Source of the DNA: Lama guanicoe
Lineage: Eukaryota
Assembly (NCBI GenBank): GCA_013239625.1
Contig: MU054220.1
Location: 1,088,871 to 1,152,870 of the forward strand
Direction of reading: 5' to 3'
DNA: 64,000 nucleotides
This document shows positions 12,780 through 24,769 of this stretch, piece by piece. Each line of letters starts with the position of its first letter. Position 1 is the first letter of the stretch. The position numbers and the translations under genes were made by a program. The notes under the pieces were generated by a model. The model was not told the origin of the DNA. It was given only the letters and a program-made list of their open reading frames with translations, and made no database searches.

Positions 12780-13385
12780 AGATAATATATATAGTTTATA
12801 TGTATATATATCATATGATATATGTATCATAATATATGCATCTGTTATATTATATGTGTATATAGTTTACACTATATATGTGTGTATATTATATGATGTA
12901 CATATTATATATACATATCCATACACAGACATGTGTATATATAATATATACATTATATATATATCTCTCTCTCTCAATACACTGACATGTGTATGGATAT
13001 ACACATATATAATATACATATGTAATGTATATATACATATACATACATACATATCCATGCACAAACATGTGTATATATAATATATGTGTTATATAAATAT
13101 CCATACAATGACGTGTGTATGGATATACACATAAAATATAATAAATAAATACATACTATATATGTATTTATTATATTAAATATGTATATACACACATATA
13201 TAATAATAAATACATACTATATATGTATTTATTATATTAAATATGAACACATATAAGCATATTACATATGTATATATATTATATTATATATGTATATATA
13301 AATATATACTGCATACTATACATATTATATATATACATATTCATACACAGACCTGTGCAATTATGTACCCTCATATAATAAACAC
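12780..13385. repeat. AT-rich (TA/TATG)n low-complexity block with internal direct and inverted repeats
   Basis: About 600 bp dominated by TA, TATG and TACA units. Confidence 0.9.
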
Positions 13386-15131
13386 ATGATACGAGTGTAC
13401 TTCCATTCCCAGAACTGTGTATGGATGTACACCCATTTAGGACATATGATAAGGGTGCACAGACCTTCCACAACCAGGCCTGGGGTTGGAGGGGCATCCA
13501 GTCTCAGAGACACATGATAAGGGTGAACTTTAGAAGATTAATACTTGGCTCTGCTTCCCCTGCATCGAATGGAGGTCATTTCCTAAAGTCTGCCATTTCA
13601 TAACTGAGCCACAGAATGCAAGGCTAACGACCAATCGAGAAAGATGTGTAGACAGAGCATATTGGAGTGGTTTTTAAACTTTTTAAAGATTTAAATATCT
13701 TTTATCAACATAAATCTTATATATAAAACAGATTTTTCAAAAAGAGATAATTAGCTGCTGTAATTGAAATCCCACAAGTGCCTGTTTGACTGTCTCCTAT
13801 CCTCTTCTGCTCCACACCTGCACCAATCCCTGAGGTACATGAAGAGATCTGGATTCTAAATCACAATTCACAAACAACTTGGGCAGAAAAAACATCAAGG
13901 GCTTTGAACTGCAGTTTCCTCAACTGCAAAGTGAGCGTTGTGCCATTTACGGGGCAGTGCTCACCTGAGATCTAATTTAAGGAAAATTATTGGTGGATGC
14001 TCAATGTATATGTCTTATGACTTTTATTTCCCATTTTCTGAAATGTGTGGTATTCAATAATGCTGACTTTCTCAGCATTACCAGAAAAAAATCTCTTCTT
14101 AGCAAACACAGTGATTTTGCTCCCCTGCATTAGGTACCCTGCAGCTCAGTGACCAGGTTTTTCTTTCCTGAGAACAGAAGTCTGAGCTGATCAAAGTATC
14201 ATACCTTCCTGCTTTCCTGCCCTCCACTTCCAGATCTTGGTCTCGGGTTCTAGTTTTCTATGGACCGAGGAACATTTGTGAACATCATAAACTACTTCAT
14301 GCTATATTTCTAAGAAAAATTTTTTATTTACACTGATGTGATTCCAGAGGGAAACATCTGACAATAAAGAGATGATGAGATCTCCGATTTGGGATTCAGA
14401 GACTTAGATGTCTTTATGTTCTGGTGATCTTTAAAGAGAAGCAGAGGAATGCACAGAGAGAGCAAGAGCTTAGAAATTAGACAGTCTTAGGTTTGAATTC
14501 AGGCTCTGGGAGTTAGTAACCCTATGACCTTGATCAAGACACTTAACCCCGAAAGCTTCTGTCTTTTCATCTGTAAAACATGGGAATCATACCTGCATCA
14601 CCAGAGTGTTTTAGGATGAAATCAGATAGAATATATGAAATCTCTTGGTTAATAGTAAAACATACACACAATATATGATTTTTTTTGTATTTAAATGTTA
14701 TTCTCAGAAACAATTAAGGAGCCATTATTGGTTTGCCTTAAGTGGCATGATATTGGTATATTACTTAGATAATTGAGACGAAAATAGAGATGAAACAATT
14801 GTTCGCTTATAATCTGAAGCATTACTGACTTCCAGAATTTTAACTGATCAAACATTTATTGAGTTTTACTATGTATCATTCAGAGCAAAAAATAAAAATG
14901 AGTAAGATTCACGCCATATTCCCAAAGGAGTGACAGTGAGGGGAGGGGAGGAATAAGGAAATAAACACTGAACTAAATGTAGTAAAAGCTTTAAAGAATT
15001 CTAGCTGAGTGCTGTGGGAATTCAAAGAAGGAAAAATTCATATTGTGATAGGATAGCCATGGAAGCTTCCTAAAGGCAGCAGCATTTCAGTTGAGCGTTG
15101 AAAGGTGGATGGGATGTTAAGAGAGAGAAAT

Positions 15132-17630
15132 GTCTGGATGACTTGTCCATCACGTAAGTGGGGCATTAAAGTCCCCTACTACTATTGTATTATTGTCACT
15201 TTCTCCACTGATGTATATTAATATTTGCATTGTATATTTAGGTGTTCTTATTTAGGTACATATATGTTTATGAATGACATATCTTCTTCTTGTATTGATC
15301 CCTTTATCATAATATAATGTCCGTCTTAATTATAAATTTAGTTTTAAAGTCTACTTTTTCTGATATGAGTATTGCTACTCCAGCTTTCTTTTCATTTCCA
15401 ATTTCAAGGAATATCTTTTCCATCCCATCACTTTCACTCTGTGTGTCTTTAACTCTGGAATGAGTCTCTTGGCTGCAGCACATAGATGAATCTTGTCTTT
15501 TATCCAATCAGCCGCCCTAAGTCTTTTAATTGGAGCATTTAGTCCATTGACATTTAAAGTGATTACTGTTAGATATGAACTTATAGTGATTTTGTTATTA
15601 GTTTTCTGGTTGTTCTTGTAGTTCTCTGTTCTTTTCTTCTTCTTTCACTCTCTTCCCTTGTGGTTTGATGATTTTCTTTAGTGTTACGTTTGTGTTCCTT
15701 TCCCTCTAGTGTTTATATATCTATTATAGGTTTTTTGATTTGTGGTTACCATGGAGTTCATATGTTGACCTCTAACTATATCTACTTGTTTTAAATTGAT
15801 AGTCATTTACGTTCAAACACATTTTTTAAACTTTGCACATTTCAGTCCTCCTCCCACACTTTTTGATTTTATATGTTACATCTTCGTGTCTGCCCCTTAA
15901 CTGTTTATTGAAGTTATAGTTGATTTTACATTTTTGTCCTTTAAATTTCATATGAGCTTATTTAAATGGTTGGTCCACGGGCTTTACTATATATTCACAT
16001 GTACCAGCAGAATTTTCCCTTCCTATAATTTCTTATTTCTTGTTGTAGCCTTCTTTTTTTCCCCTGAAAGAAGACCTTTTAACATCACTTGTAAGGTCAG
16101 CTTGGTATTAATAAACTCTTGCACCTTTTGCTTGTCTGAGAAGCTCTATATCTTCTCTTTCAATTCTGAATGATAAACTTGCCGGCAGAGTATCCAAGGT
16201 TGCAGGTTTTTTTCCTTTTGCTACTTTAATTATGACACTCTTTTCTAGCTTGCAAAGTTTCCAGTGAAAAATCTGAAAAATTCTACTGATAGACGTATAG
16301 GGATTCCCTTGTATGGGATTCTTTGCTATTCTCTTGCTGAATTTAGAATTTTATCTTATCTTTTGCCATTTTAATTATGATACATTTCATATGGGTCTCT
16401 GAGTTTATCTTGCTTAGGATTCTCTCTGCTTTCTGTACCTGGATATCTGTTTCCTGCTTTACGTTCAGTTTTCAGCAATAATTTCATCAAATACATTTTC
16501 TACTCCTTGTTCTCTCTCCTCTCCTTGAGGCCCCTATATTGTGAATATTGATATGCTTGATAGTATCACAGAGGTCCCTTAAACTATTCTCATTTTTTAA
16601 ATTTTTCTTTTTCCTTCTCTGTTTCAGTGAATTCCATTATTCTATACTCTAGGTGGCTTATGCATTCTCCTGTATCACCTAATCTGCTGTTAACTCACTC
16701 AAGTGTGTTTTTCATTTCAGCTACTGTATTCCTCAGCTCTCACTGGTTCTTTTTTTTATTCTCTAAAGCTTTGTTAAAATTCTCACTATGACCACCTATT
16801 CTTTTCCCACATTAAGTAAGCATTCTTACTGCAAATGCTTTGAACTCTTTCCTAGTAAATTATTTATCTCGATTTCATGAGGGTTTTTTCAGAGATTTTT
16901 TTCTTGTTCTTTTATTTAAAATTTATTCCTCTATCTTCTCATTCTTTTAAATTTCCCTCTATGAAATTAAGTGAAACAGTCACCTATCTTTGTCTCAAAG
17001 GCATGTCATTTTGTAGACACAGCCCTATGCAATTTATGTGTGCCCTGTGGCATGCTGGGAGAGCTTCTCTTATGTCCAGTGGCCCTCGCTGCTCTGTCAG
17101 GGGTGAGGTCTTGCCTGAGGATCTGGAGCAGGAGCCCCGAGGGAGTTGGGTTTCTCGCAGGTGTGATGGTAGTCTCCACCTTCATTTGGGAAATGGCTGA
17201 GGTGTGAGGGCTTGGTGCTGCACTTCTGGCTGGGGTCGCTTTTTCACTCAGTGTGCATACCTTGGTAATAGCCTGGGTTGGAGTTGAAAGGGTTGATGCC
17301 ACAAAACTGAGCTGGCCCTGCTCCCTCACATGTGCATAAGGACACACTGTCCACTGATGGAGGTATCCACCCAAGAGCTAGCCTCAGCCCTTCTGAGAGT
17401 GTGCACAGGGCTGGGTGCTCTAGCAGTGGCAGTCTCCACCCTGGAGATGGTCTGGCTCCCCCACAAGTGTGTGCACCAAAGCAAGTACTGGCAATGGCAG
17501 TCTCTGCCCTAGTCATAAGCAGAGCCCGGGTCCAGGCCAGCTCTGATTTCCCCAAGTGTGCACATCCTCCAAGTGTTTGCACCTTCATTGGCAGTGGAAA
17601 GAGCACTGCAGCAAAAGGGGCTATGGAGCA
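15132..17630 (-). mobile_element. LINE-1 5' portion (5'UTR, ORF1, ORF2 endonuclease start), 3'-truncated
   Basis: Minus-strand KKAGVAILISEKVDFKTK and IVGDFNAPL endonuclease motifs. ORF1-like A-rich region and a GC-richer 5'UTR at about 17000-17630. Confidence 0.85.
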
Positions 17631-17912
17631 GTCTTTAATATCAGAGTGTAGTTAAAGATGTCTATCCAAGAAACTTAGCACATTTTTATTTATAGTAGTA
17701 AAAAATTTAAAATAATCTAAACATCTAAAAAGAAAATGGCTGGTTAAGTAATATTAAAAGAAAATAATTGACATGATTACAATGAACTTAGAAACAAAAC
17801 AAAATAATTCTACAACTAATACGTCCAGGAGACTATCCTCCCTCCCACTCTATTCCTTCACTTGGGACATAGCATCATTCTCCAACTAAGGATCAGTATC
17901 AAAACACAGATT

Positions 17913-18842
17913 TTATTTCTCATCTAGTTTCATTGTCCTGATCCACAGCCTCCTCATGGCCTTCTTCACTTCACCATTTCTGAAGGAGTAGATGACAGGG
18001 TTGAGGAGTGGGGTGATCACTGTATAAAACACAGCCACCATCCTGTCCGCAGGCAGAGTGGTAGAGGTCCTCAGATAGATGAAGATGCAGGGCCCAAAGA
18101 ACAAGGTGACCACAGCGATATGGGACCCACAGGTGGAGAGGGCCTTGTGCCGTCCCTCAGAGCTTCGGTTCCTCAGATGGAGCAAAATGACCACATACGA
18201 GGCTACAAGAACAATGAAGCTGATCACAGACAGGGTCCCGCCATTGGCAACAATCAGCAGACCAATGAAGAAGGTGTCAGAACAGGCAAGTTTGAGTAGA
18301 GGAAGCAGGTCACAGAAATAGTGATCAATCACATTGGGGCCACAGAAGGGCAAGCGGAAGATGAGAAGGACTTGGGCCAAGGAATGCACAACGCCCCCCG
18401 CCCACGCTACTCCCGCCAGGACAGCACACACCTGCCGGTTCATGATGGCGGTGTAGTGCAGGGGCTTGCAGATGGCCGTGTAGCGGTCATAGGCCATCAC
18501 AGTGAGCAGGAAAATCTCAGTGCCACCAAACAAGTGGACAAAGGAAAGCTGTGTCATGCAGCCCCAGAAAGATATGGCTTTCCTTTCAGCCAGCAAATCT
18601 GAGATGAGCTTGGGGGCTGTGGTAGAGCAGTAGCAGATCTCCACAAAGGACAGGTGGCTGAGGAAGCAGTACATGGGGGAGCCGAGGCTTCTGCTGGTCA
18701 TGACAGTGAGGACAATGAGCAAATTGCCCAGCACAACTGCTGTGTACAAGAGCAGAAATATCACAAAGCAAACTTTCTGCACGTCCCGATTGGGAGAAAG
18801 TCCCAGGAAAATAAATTCTGTCACATTGCGTGTGTCAGCCAT
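17913..18842 (-). CDS. OR4X2: Olfactory receptor 4X2-like (copy A), intact 309 aa
   Basis: Single-exon ORF with [23 protein letters not shown] and PLLNPVIYS motifs. N-glycosylation sequon NVT. Splice acceptor tcatttcag at about 18882-18890 (minus). Orthology assigned from recalled sequence similarity. Confidence 0.93.
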   Translation of the reverse strand: MADTRNVTEFIFLGLSPNRDVQKVCFVIFLLLYTAVVLGNLLIVLTVMTSRSLGSPMYCFLSHLSFVEICYCSTTAPKLISDLLAERKAISFWGCMTQLSFVHLFGGTEIFLLTVMAYDRYTAICKPLHYTAIMNRQVCAVLAGVAWAGGVVHSLAQVLLIFRLPFCGPNVIDHYFCDLLPLLKLACSDTFFIGLLIVANGGTLSVISFIVLVASYVVILLHLRNRSSEGRHKALSTCGSHIAVVTLFFGPCIFIYLRTSTTLPADRMVAVFYTVITPLLNPVIYSFRNGEVKKAMRRLWIRTMKLDEK

Positions 18843-21070
18843 GAAGTTACCTCCACGAGGAAATATTTTGGATAGGGTGATCTGAAATGATAGAAAAGAT
18901 TACTATATTAAGTGGATAAATTACATAATAATTCCTTAGATATCCGACAGGCTTGTGAGCTGCATATTGAAAAGTGAGTAGGAGTTAGTTCTGTGTAGGA
19001 GACAGGAAGAGAATTCCAGGAAAGGAGAAGAGAAAGTGCAAAGCTATGAAAATTCATTACGTGAGGCTGGAGTAAAGAGGAGAAGAGCGAAGATAAAGCA
19101 GAAGATAGAACGTAGTACCACCTCGTAAAGGACTATTATGGACCTTGGGGTTTACTCAGCAGGCAACGGGGGCTCATCAAGAAGGTTAGTCAACTGGAAA
19201 GTAAAGTCACTTTGTATGTAGAGGCTGGAATAGTGGAAATATATCAGAGGACAGGAAAACTATTATGAGATTGATTGCCACATTGAAATATTTCGGGCAG
19301 CAAGGATGGTGTTGCGACCTCCATGACAACTGTCTCTCTGTTGCCTTTGAATGCTTTTGTCTTTTGCCTGCAGCTTTCCTTCATCCCACTTCCTTTTAAT
19401 CCTTTTTCATTATCGGTTTGCAGAATAAGATTTTCACCTCTCTATATATTCTTTAGAGTCTTCAGAAGAGCTGTTCCTTGACACCCAGAGCCCCTCTTAT
19501 TTATGCTTCTCCTCTTAATTATCTCCTTCCTTGGTCACTAAGTGACCTAGTTCATTACCAAAGGCCCAGTTTAATTCCCTCACAATTCTTCTTTTTACTG
19601 GTACCTTCATCTCCTCCAAACATGTGTCATCCAATGGGAACAGAAGTGCAAACCATCTCTCCACCCAAACTGCCCACTCAGCCTGTGACACATCCTTCTC
19701 TGAAGGCCAGCCTTCCAGCACCTCGAAGTATCACCACGATTGTGCGCTGACTGATTTGCAGACTATCTTCATCCATGCAGGACTTTCTCCAAGGTGACTG
19801 ACAGCAGTGTGTATCAACACAGCCCTCCTACAGATAGACTCCAGGGCACCCGAGACTAGGAGTCACATGACACCCACTCAGGACACAAAGCTTCCTTCTG
19901 TTAACTATGGGGACAGGCCCAGGGGATTGAGGACTACCATGAGCTACCACCACGAGGAAATCAAAGAGTTTATGATTACAGAGACACAGAGAAGTCTGAG
20001 ACCAGTCCCAAACTCCCAGATCAGCATGGGAATTTCTCCAAGTCATTCGTGGAAGAAGCACTGCTGGTCGTCTGAACTCCTGGGTTTACATCCCAGTCTC
20101 CTTAGTGATATCTCAGTGATATCTACAAAGTCCTTTAACCTTGAGAGACTCAAGATCCAAACTGTACCATGGAGATGAAGCCTACCTCACAGGTAGATGC
20201 CATACAGCTCCCTCCCAGCTCAGCCTAGGAAAAGTTAAGTGACCATCTGTTGCACTGCTTTGGAAGCCCCTCAGAGACAGGAAATCCATCTTCCCAATCC
20301 ACACACCTTACAGTCAGTGGCCCCTCTTCTCTCAAGACATTTTTGAATCACAGCACTTTACACACTCAATTATAATTGTGTTCTATGACCATCTGCTCCA
20401 CTAAACTGCAAACTTGCTGAGGGCAGAGATTATAGCTTGTTCAACACTCCATCTCCAGTGCTAACTGAAGCACCTCTACAAAAGAGCTTTCAGTGAATGA
20501 ACACAGAATAAGGGAACAGTGGTTACAGATCTTCCCTAGGCTTCTTAGCACAGTATTTGGCATGTGGTATGTGTTCACTAACTATTGAAAGAACAAAGGT
20601 CCCCAAGGACAAAGCCCATATCTTCTCCATCCCTGAATCCCAGTACCTAGCACTGTGCTTGACTCAGCCAAAGACCAGAACAACGTGAAAGCACTTTGCT
20701 CAAAGCCATGGGCTTCCTGGCATTATTCCCTTTACTTTCCAAGTGGAATTGTAATCATTATGTGCAAAAGTTCATGCTCAAACAACAAAACTCACCCCTG
20801 TGTTTCTGTCATTGCTATTCTCACCACAGTTCTTTTTTCTGTTCTGATACAGAGAGTCAAATAATGCCCTGAGAACAGCCCTTTCCTTGTGCAGGTTTCC
20901 AAGTTATCTAGCAGAAAAGCTGAAAAGCCAAGTTGCCAGTTAGGACTCCTACCTCTCATAAGGTTTCAGATGGAGGATCTGCTCCTCCTGTAGCCTTAGG
21001 CTTGGGAATGTTAAGACTAAGCCAATGGATCTACTCCACCTGATTTAAAACAAAAGAACACAGCAGGCTT

Positions 21071-21340
21071 ACCTCCCACATGTTCCATAGAAAAATAACA
21101 ATTCTGGCAGCTCAGTCTGAGTTCACTCTGCCTAAACGGTACCAGGGGGGAAGGCATGATGATCAAGTGAGAGAAGACTGGTCCCCAGAGAGCCATGCCT
21201 TTCCCCTTCCTAATCAGGCAGCCTACCTCATGGGAAGCAGGACCTGGATACTAACAACTCAGACTTCCTTGTAGGTAACATAACCTCAGACATCAATAGG
21301 AAATGTAAATTAATTTCACCCAGTGTCCCCGGGGCACCTG
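21071..21340 (-). promoter_or_regulatory. Putative 5' non-coding exon and promoter of OR4X2 copy A
   Basis: Minus-strand donor GAG|GTAAGC at 21071-21073. Olf/Ebf-like sites tccccagaga (21182), ctcatgggaa (21227) and tccccgggg (21326). Homeodomain-like aattaatt at about 21308. Confidence 0.5.
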
Positions 21341-21524
21341 GGCTGTGGGGCTCTGTGCTGTTCAGTGGTCAGTTAGATACAGCTCTGGCTTATCATGAAC
21401 TCAGTTATGTGGCTTTACATGAAATGACACCACTCTGAGGATGGGTCCAAGGAATATGGGCCACAAGTGTCAGAAAACTGAAATAGCACTTCTCCTTGCC
21501 TGTGGTGTGGTTGAAGGTATAGAA

Positions 21525-21745
21525 CAGTGGTTCTCAACCATGGGTGATTTTGCTCCTGACAGAATATTTGGCAATGCTTGGAGGCATTTTTCATTGTCCC
21601 AACCTGGGTGGGGAGGAGGTGCTACTGGCATCCTATCAGTAGTGGACAGAGAAGCTACGAAATATCCTACAGTGCACAAGACAGCTCCCCATGGCAAAGA
21701 TTAACTGAGACAAGATGACAATACACTGCTATTGAGATATCCTGG
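21525..21745. mobile_element. MER20 (hAT-Charlie) DNA transposon
   Basis: cagtggttctcaacc...ggtgattttgc...atttggcaatg...ggtgctactggcatc pattern. Confidence 0.8.
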
Positions 21746-22974
21746 TAAGGATGAAACAAAATTTATCTAAATTGTTATTTATTAAAACTGGTTACTGGTT
21801 ACATGTGAGTTTATTAATCTGCTTTAACCACATCTGTATATTTATTACATTTTCTGTGATGAAAGGCTTTACAAATGCCATAATGGCACTTTGTAAGAAA
21901 TGTGCTCTACACCAGTGCTACTCATTTGTGATTATTAATTCAGGCTTAATTAAAATTAGAGTTGAAACAAAATGCCAAGTTTAATTGATGATTAAAATGA
22001 AAATTATGATGAGATATTTTTAATTGTTTTAAAGGTTTTAATGTTACTACTTTAAGAGTGCAAACACAGAGTTAACCATTAAGCTTTATATTGAGGAAAA
22101 AAAAAACACTAGGAAGAAGATTGGCAAATAATTACATAAAAGCTCCAAAAGTTTAGGTAAAACCTATATTTATTCTGTAACATGTCATCCTTAAGTTGAG
22201 TTTCTGTGAAAGTCTGTCAATCAAAATCTTTTCTACATTGAAAGTTTGATTTAATAAATCTAAGGAAGATAGATTTTTAACATGAGATTATGAATGTTTG
22301 TTGTAAGAAACTACATTTGTTAAAAATATTTGTGGTGTGAAACTATTTCTTCACCTAAAGTTATAAATTGCATTTTTCATAAAAGGTTGACATTATTTCC
22401 TAACCTGGTGAAGATTCACCTATTGACTATTCACAACATCATAAACTGACTATAACTCAATTTTAAAGAAGAAAAAACCTATTGACTATGGCCACACTTT
22501 CCTAGTTCTAATTAGCGCCCCCCCATTATAAAAGAAGTACAGGTACTTTAAGAATTAGGGCTACAATTATACAAATTTCTCCTTGCAAAAGGTTATATTG
22601 CAAGTGAAAATGAAGAGATGAATTGCTCAGTTTATGTTTTTTATGTTTATGCCACTACTGACCATCCCAGCCTCCTCTGCATCGAGGTGTAGACATGTGA
22701 CCTAGTTCTGCTCAATAAGAACAAAGTAAGAGTCATTCTGGAGATTTCCCTGGAAATCTTTCCCAAAATAAAATGAGGGCCCCTCCCTCCTTTCATGGGA
22801 GCATGTTATACCTGGAGCTGCTGTAGGCACCTTGCAGCCCTTAGGGGACAGCGAACAGAACTGAAGAGGCAACAATCAGATGTTCAGGCATCACAGAGCA
22901 ACACTGGCATCAATTACTTCCACATTTCTTGTTACCATTCAGTCTCTGTCACAACTACTTAACCAGGCCACTCT

Positions 22975-23208
22975 AACACAAAAACTGCTATAGATAAAAC
23001 ATAAAATAATGGGCATGACTATAATCCAATAGAACCTTATTTACGGGCAATAAAATTTGAACCTCATGCAACTTTTGTGTGTCACAAAATATTATTCTAT
23101 TTCAATTATTTTCAACCACTTAACAATGTCAAAGCTTTTCTTAGCTCACAGGCTATGCAAAAACAGGCAACAGGCTGGATTTGGCTCAAACTGTAACTCA
23201 CCAACCAG
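22975..23208. mobile_element. MER58B-like DNA transposon fragment
   Basis: aatgggcatgact...ccaatagaaccttatttac...cttagctcacaggctatgcaaaaacaggcaacaggctggatttgg. Confidence 0.65.
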
Positions 23209-23846
23209 ATAAAAATTATGTAGAAAGAAAAGGCTCTTATAACATTGTTCAGAGTATTAATGGTTAAACATAATAGTTTTATTATGTTCCACTTCCAAGA
23301 GACCTTTACATTCTAGCAATGCCCTACTTCCATGAAACAAAGCTTCTACTGTGGAATTTTAGGTATTGGAATAAGGTTAATTAAGTGGGGAAAACAAAAT
23401 GAAGTAGAAAAGCCTTCCAGCGACTCCCACAAGATCGCATTGATACAGAGGGAAAGAGCAGAACATAAACATTTCTTTCCCAGGACCAAAATCTTCCATA
23501 CACAGCAGCATGCTACCACTGAGGGGTAAAGTGAATGAACCCAAAGCTGCACAGGTAAAAGTTGAAAGAGTAGTGATTCCAGTCCAAGTGACCCCTCCCT
23601 GAAGTCTGTGCCCTTTACACTATGGACCATGAAGAAGAGAAATAATGAGCTCAATTTTCAGCATTCCCCAAAATACACATGGCTTTGAAAGGGTTATGAT
23701 TTATATTAGGGAAAATAAAAGGCTCATCTAAAATACAACAGAGAAACATGACTCGGCGACCTTTTGCTCTATTCCTCATAGTTGACTAAAATCAAAATGC
23801 ATATTTAGTCACCATACATGTGCTGATTTTTTTCAAGTTTTCATTT

Positions 23847-24742
23847 TTATTCCACCCCCAAGATCACTTTCTTGCCCCACAGCCTCCTCCTGGCTCGCTT
23901 CATCTTTGCATTTCTGAGTGTGTAGATGATGGGGTTTACCATGGGGGTGACCACCGTGTAGAACAAGGCCACCAGTTTGTCTTCAGTGAAGGTGGAGGAG
24001 GGTCGCATATAGAGGAAAGTGGCAAAGAACAAGACGACCACTGTGATGTGAGAGGCACAGGTGGAGAGGGCTTTGTGTCTCCCCTCTGCAGAATGGTTCC
24101 TCACGTTGACCAGGATGACAGTATAGGAGGACACCAAGATGAGGAGGGAAAATATAGACAACAATCCACTGTTAGCCGACAGAGGTGTCAGTGCAGACAA
24201 TCTTGAAAAATGGATGAAGGTCACAGAAGTAGTGATCAATCACATTGGGACCACAGAAGGGCAACTGGACAGTGACAAGGATCTGGACCATGGAGTGAAT
24301 TATGCCCCCCACCAGAAGCTGACACACAGGCTGGTCGTGATGGTTGTGTAGTTCACTTTGCAGATGGTCACACAGTTGTCATAGGCCATTACCGTCAGCA
24401 GGAAGGTCTCAGCAACACCAAAGGAGTGGAAGAAGAAACTGTGAGCCAGACAGCCCTCCAGGGAGATGGTTTTAATCTTGGAAAGTAATTATTGATTAAC
24501 TTAGGGTCAACAGTAGAGGGAGAGCTGATCTCCACCAGGGACAGGTAGCTAAGGAAGAAGTACAGAGGAGAAGGCAGGCTCTTACTGAAATTAACCATCA
24601 GAAAGATGAGACCACTGCCCACCACCGTGGCCAAGTACACAGGAAGAAACACCACAAAGCACATTCTCTGCACCTCTGGATCCTGGGAAAGATTGGTGAT
24701 AATTAGCTCAATCATGTTATTTGTACTCATTATGGAATCCAT
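23847..24742 (-). pseudogene. OR4B1: Olfactory receptor 4B-like pseudogene
   Basis: OR4B-type segments in different frames ([68 protein letters not shown]). Frameshifts near 24490, 24310 and 24178. MAYDRY decayed to MAYDNC. Confidence 0.9.
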
Positions 24743-24769
24743 CCAGGTGTGCTGGACGTGAGCTACTGT

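Noticed and set aside
12766..13195. Y/I-rich ORFs
   Set aside because: Translations of TA-rich low-complexity sequence.
18079..18885. Recurrent plus-strand ORFs antisense to OR genes (also 28447-28901, 37735-38621, 51661-52011, 62977-63742)
   Set aside because: Shadow frames of GC-rich OR codons. Their recurrence reflects paralogy of the sense genes.
19478..19750. ORF apparently conserved with 29725-30057
   Set aside because: Explained by DNA-level identity of the duplicated intron. The N-termini differ by frameshift and there is no codon-level signature.
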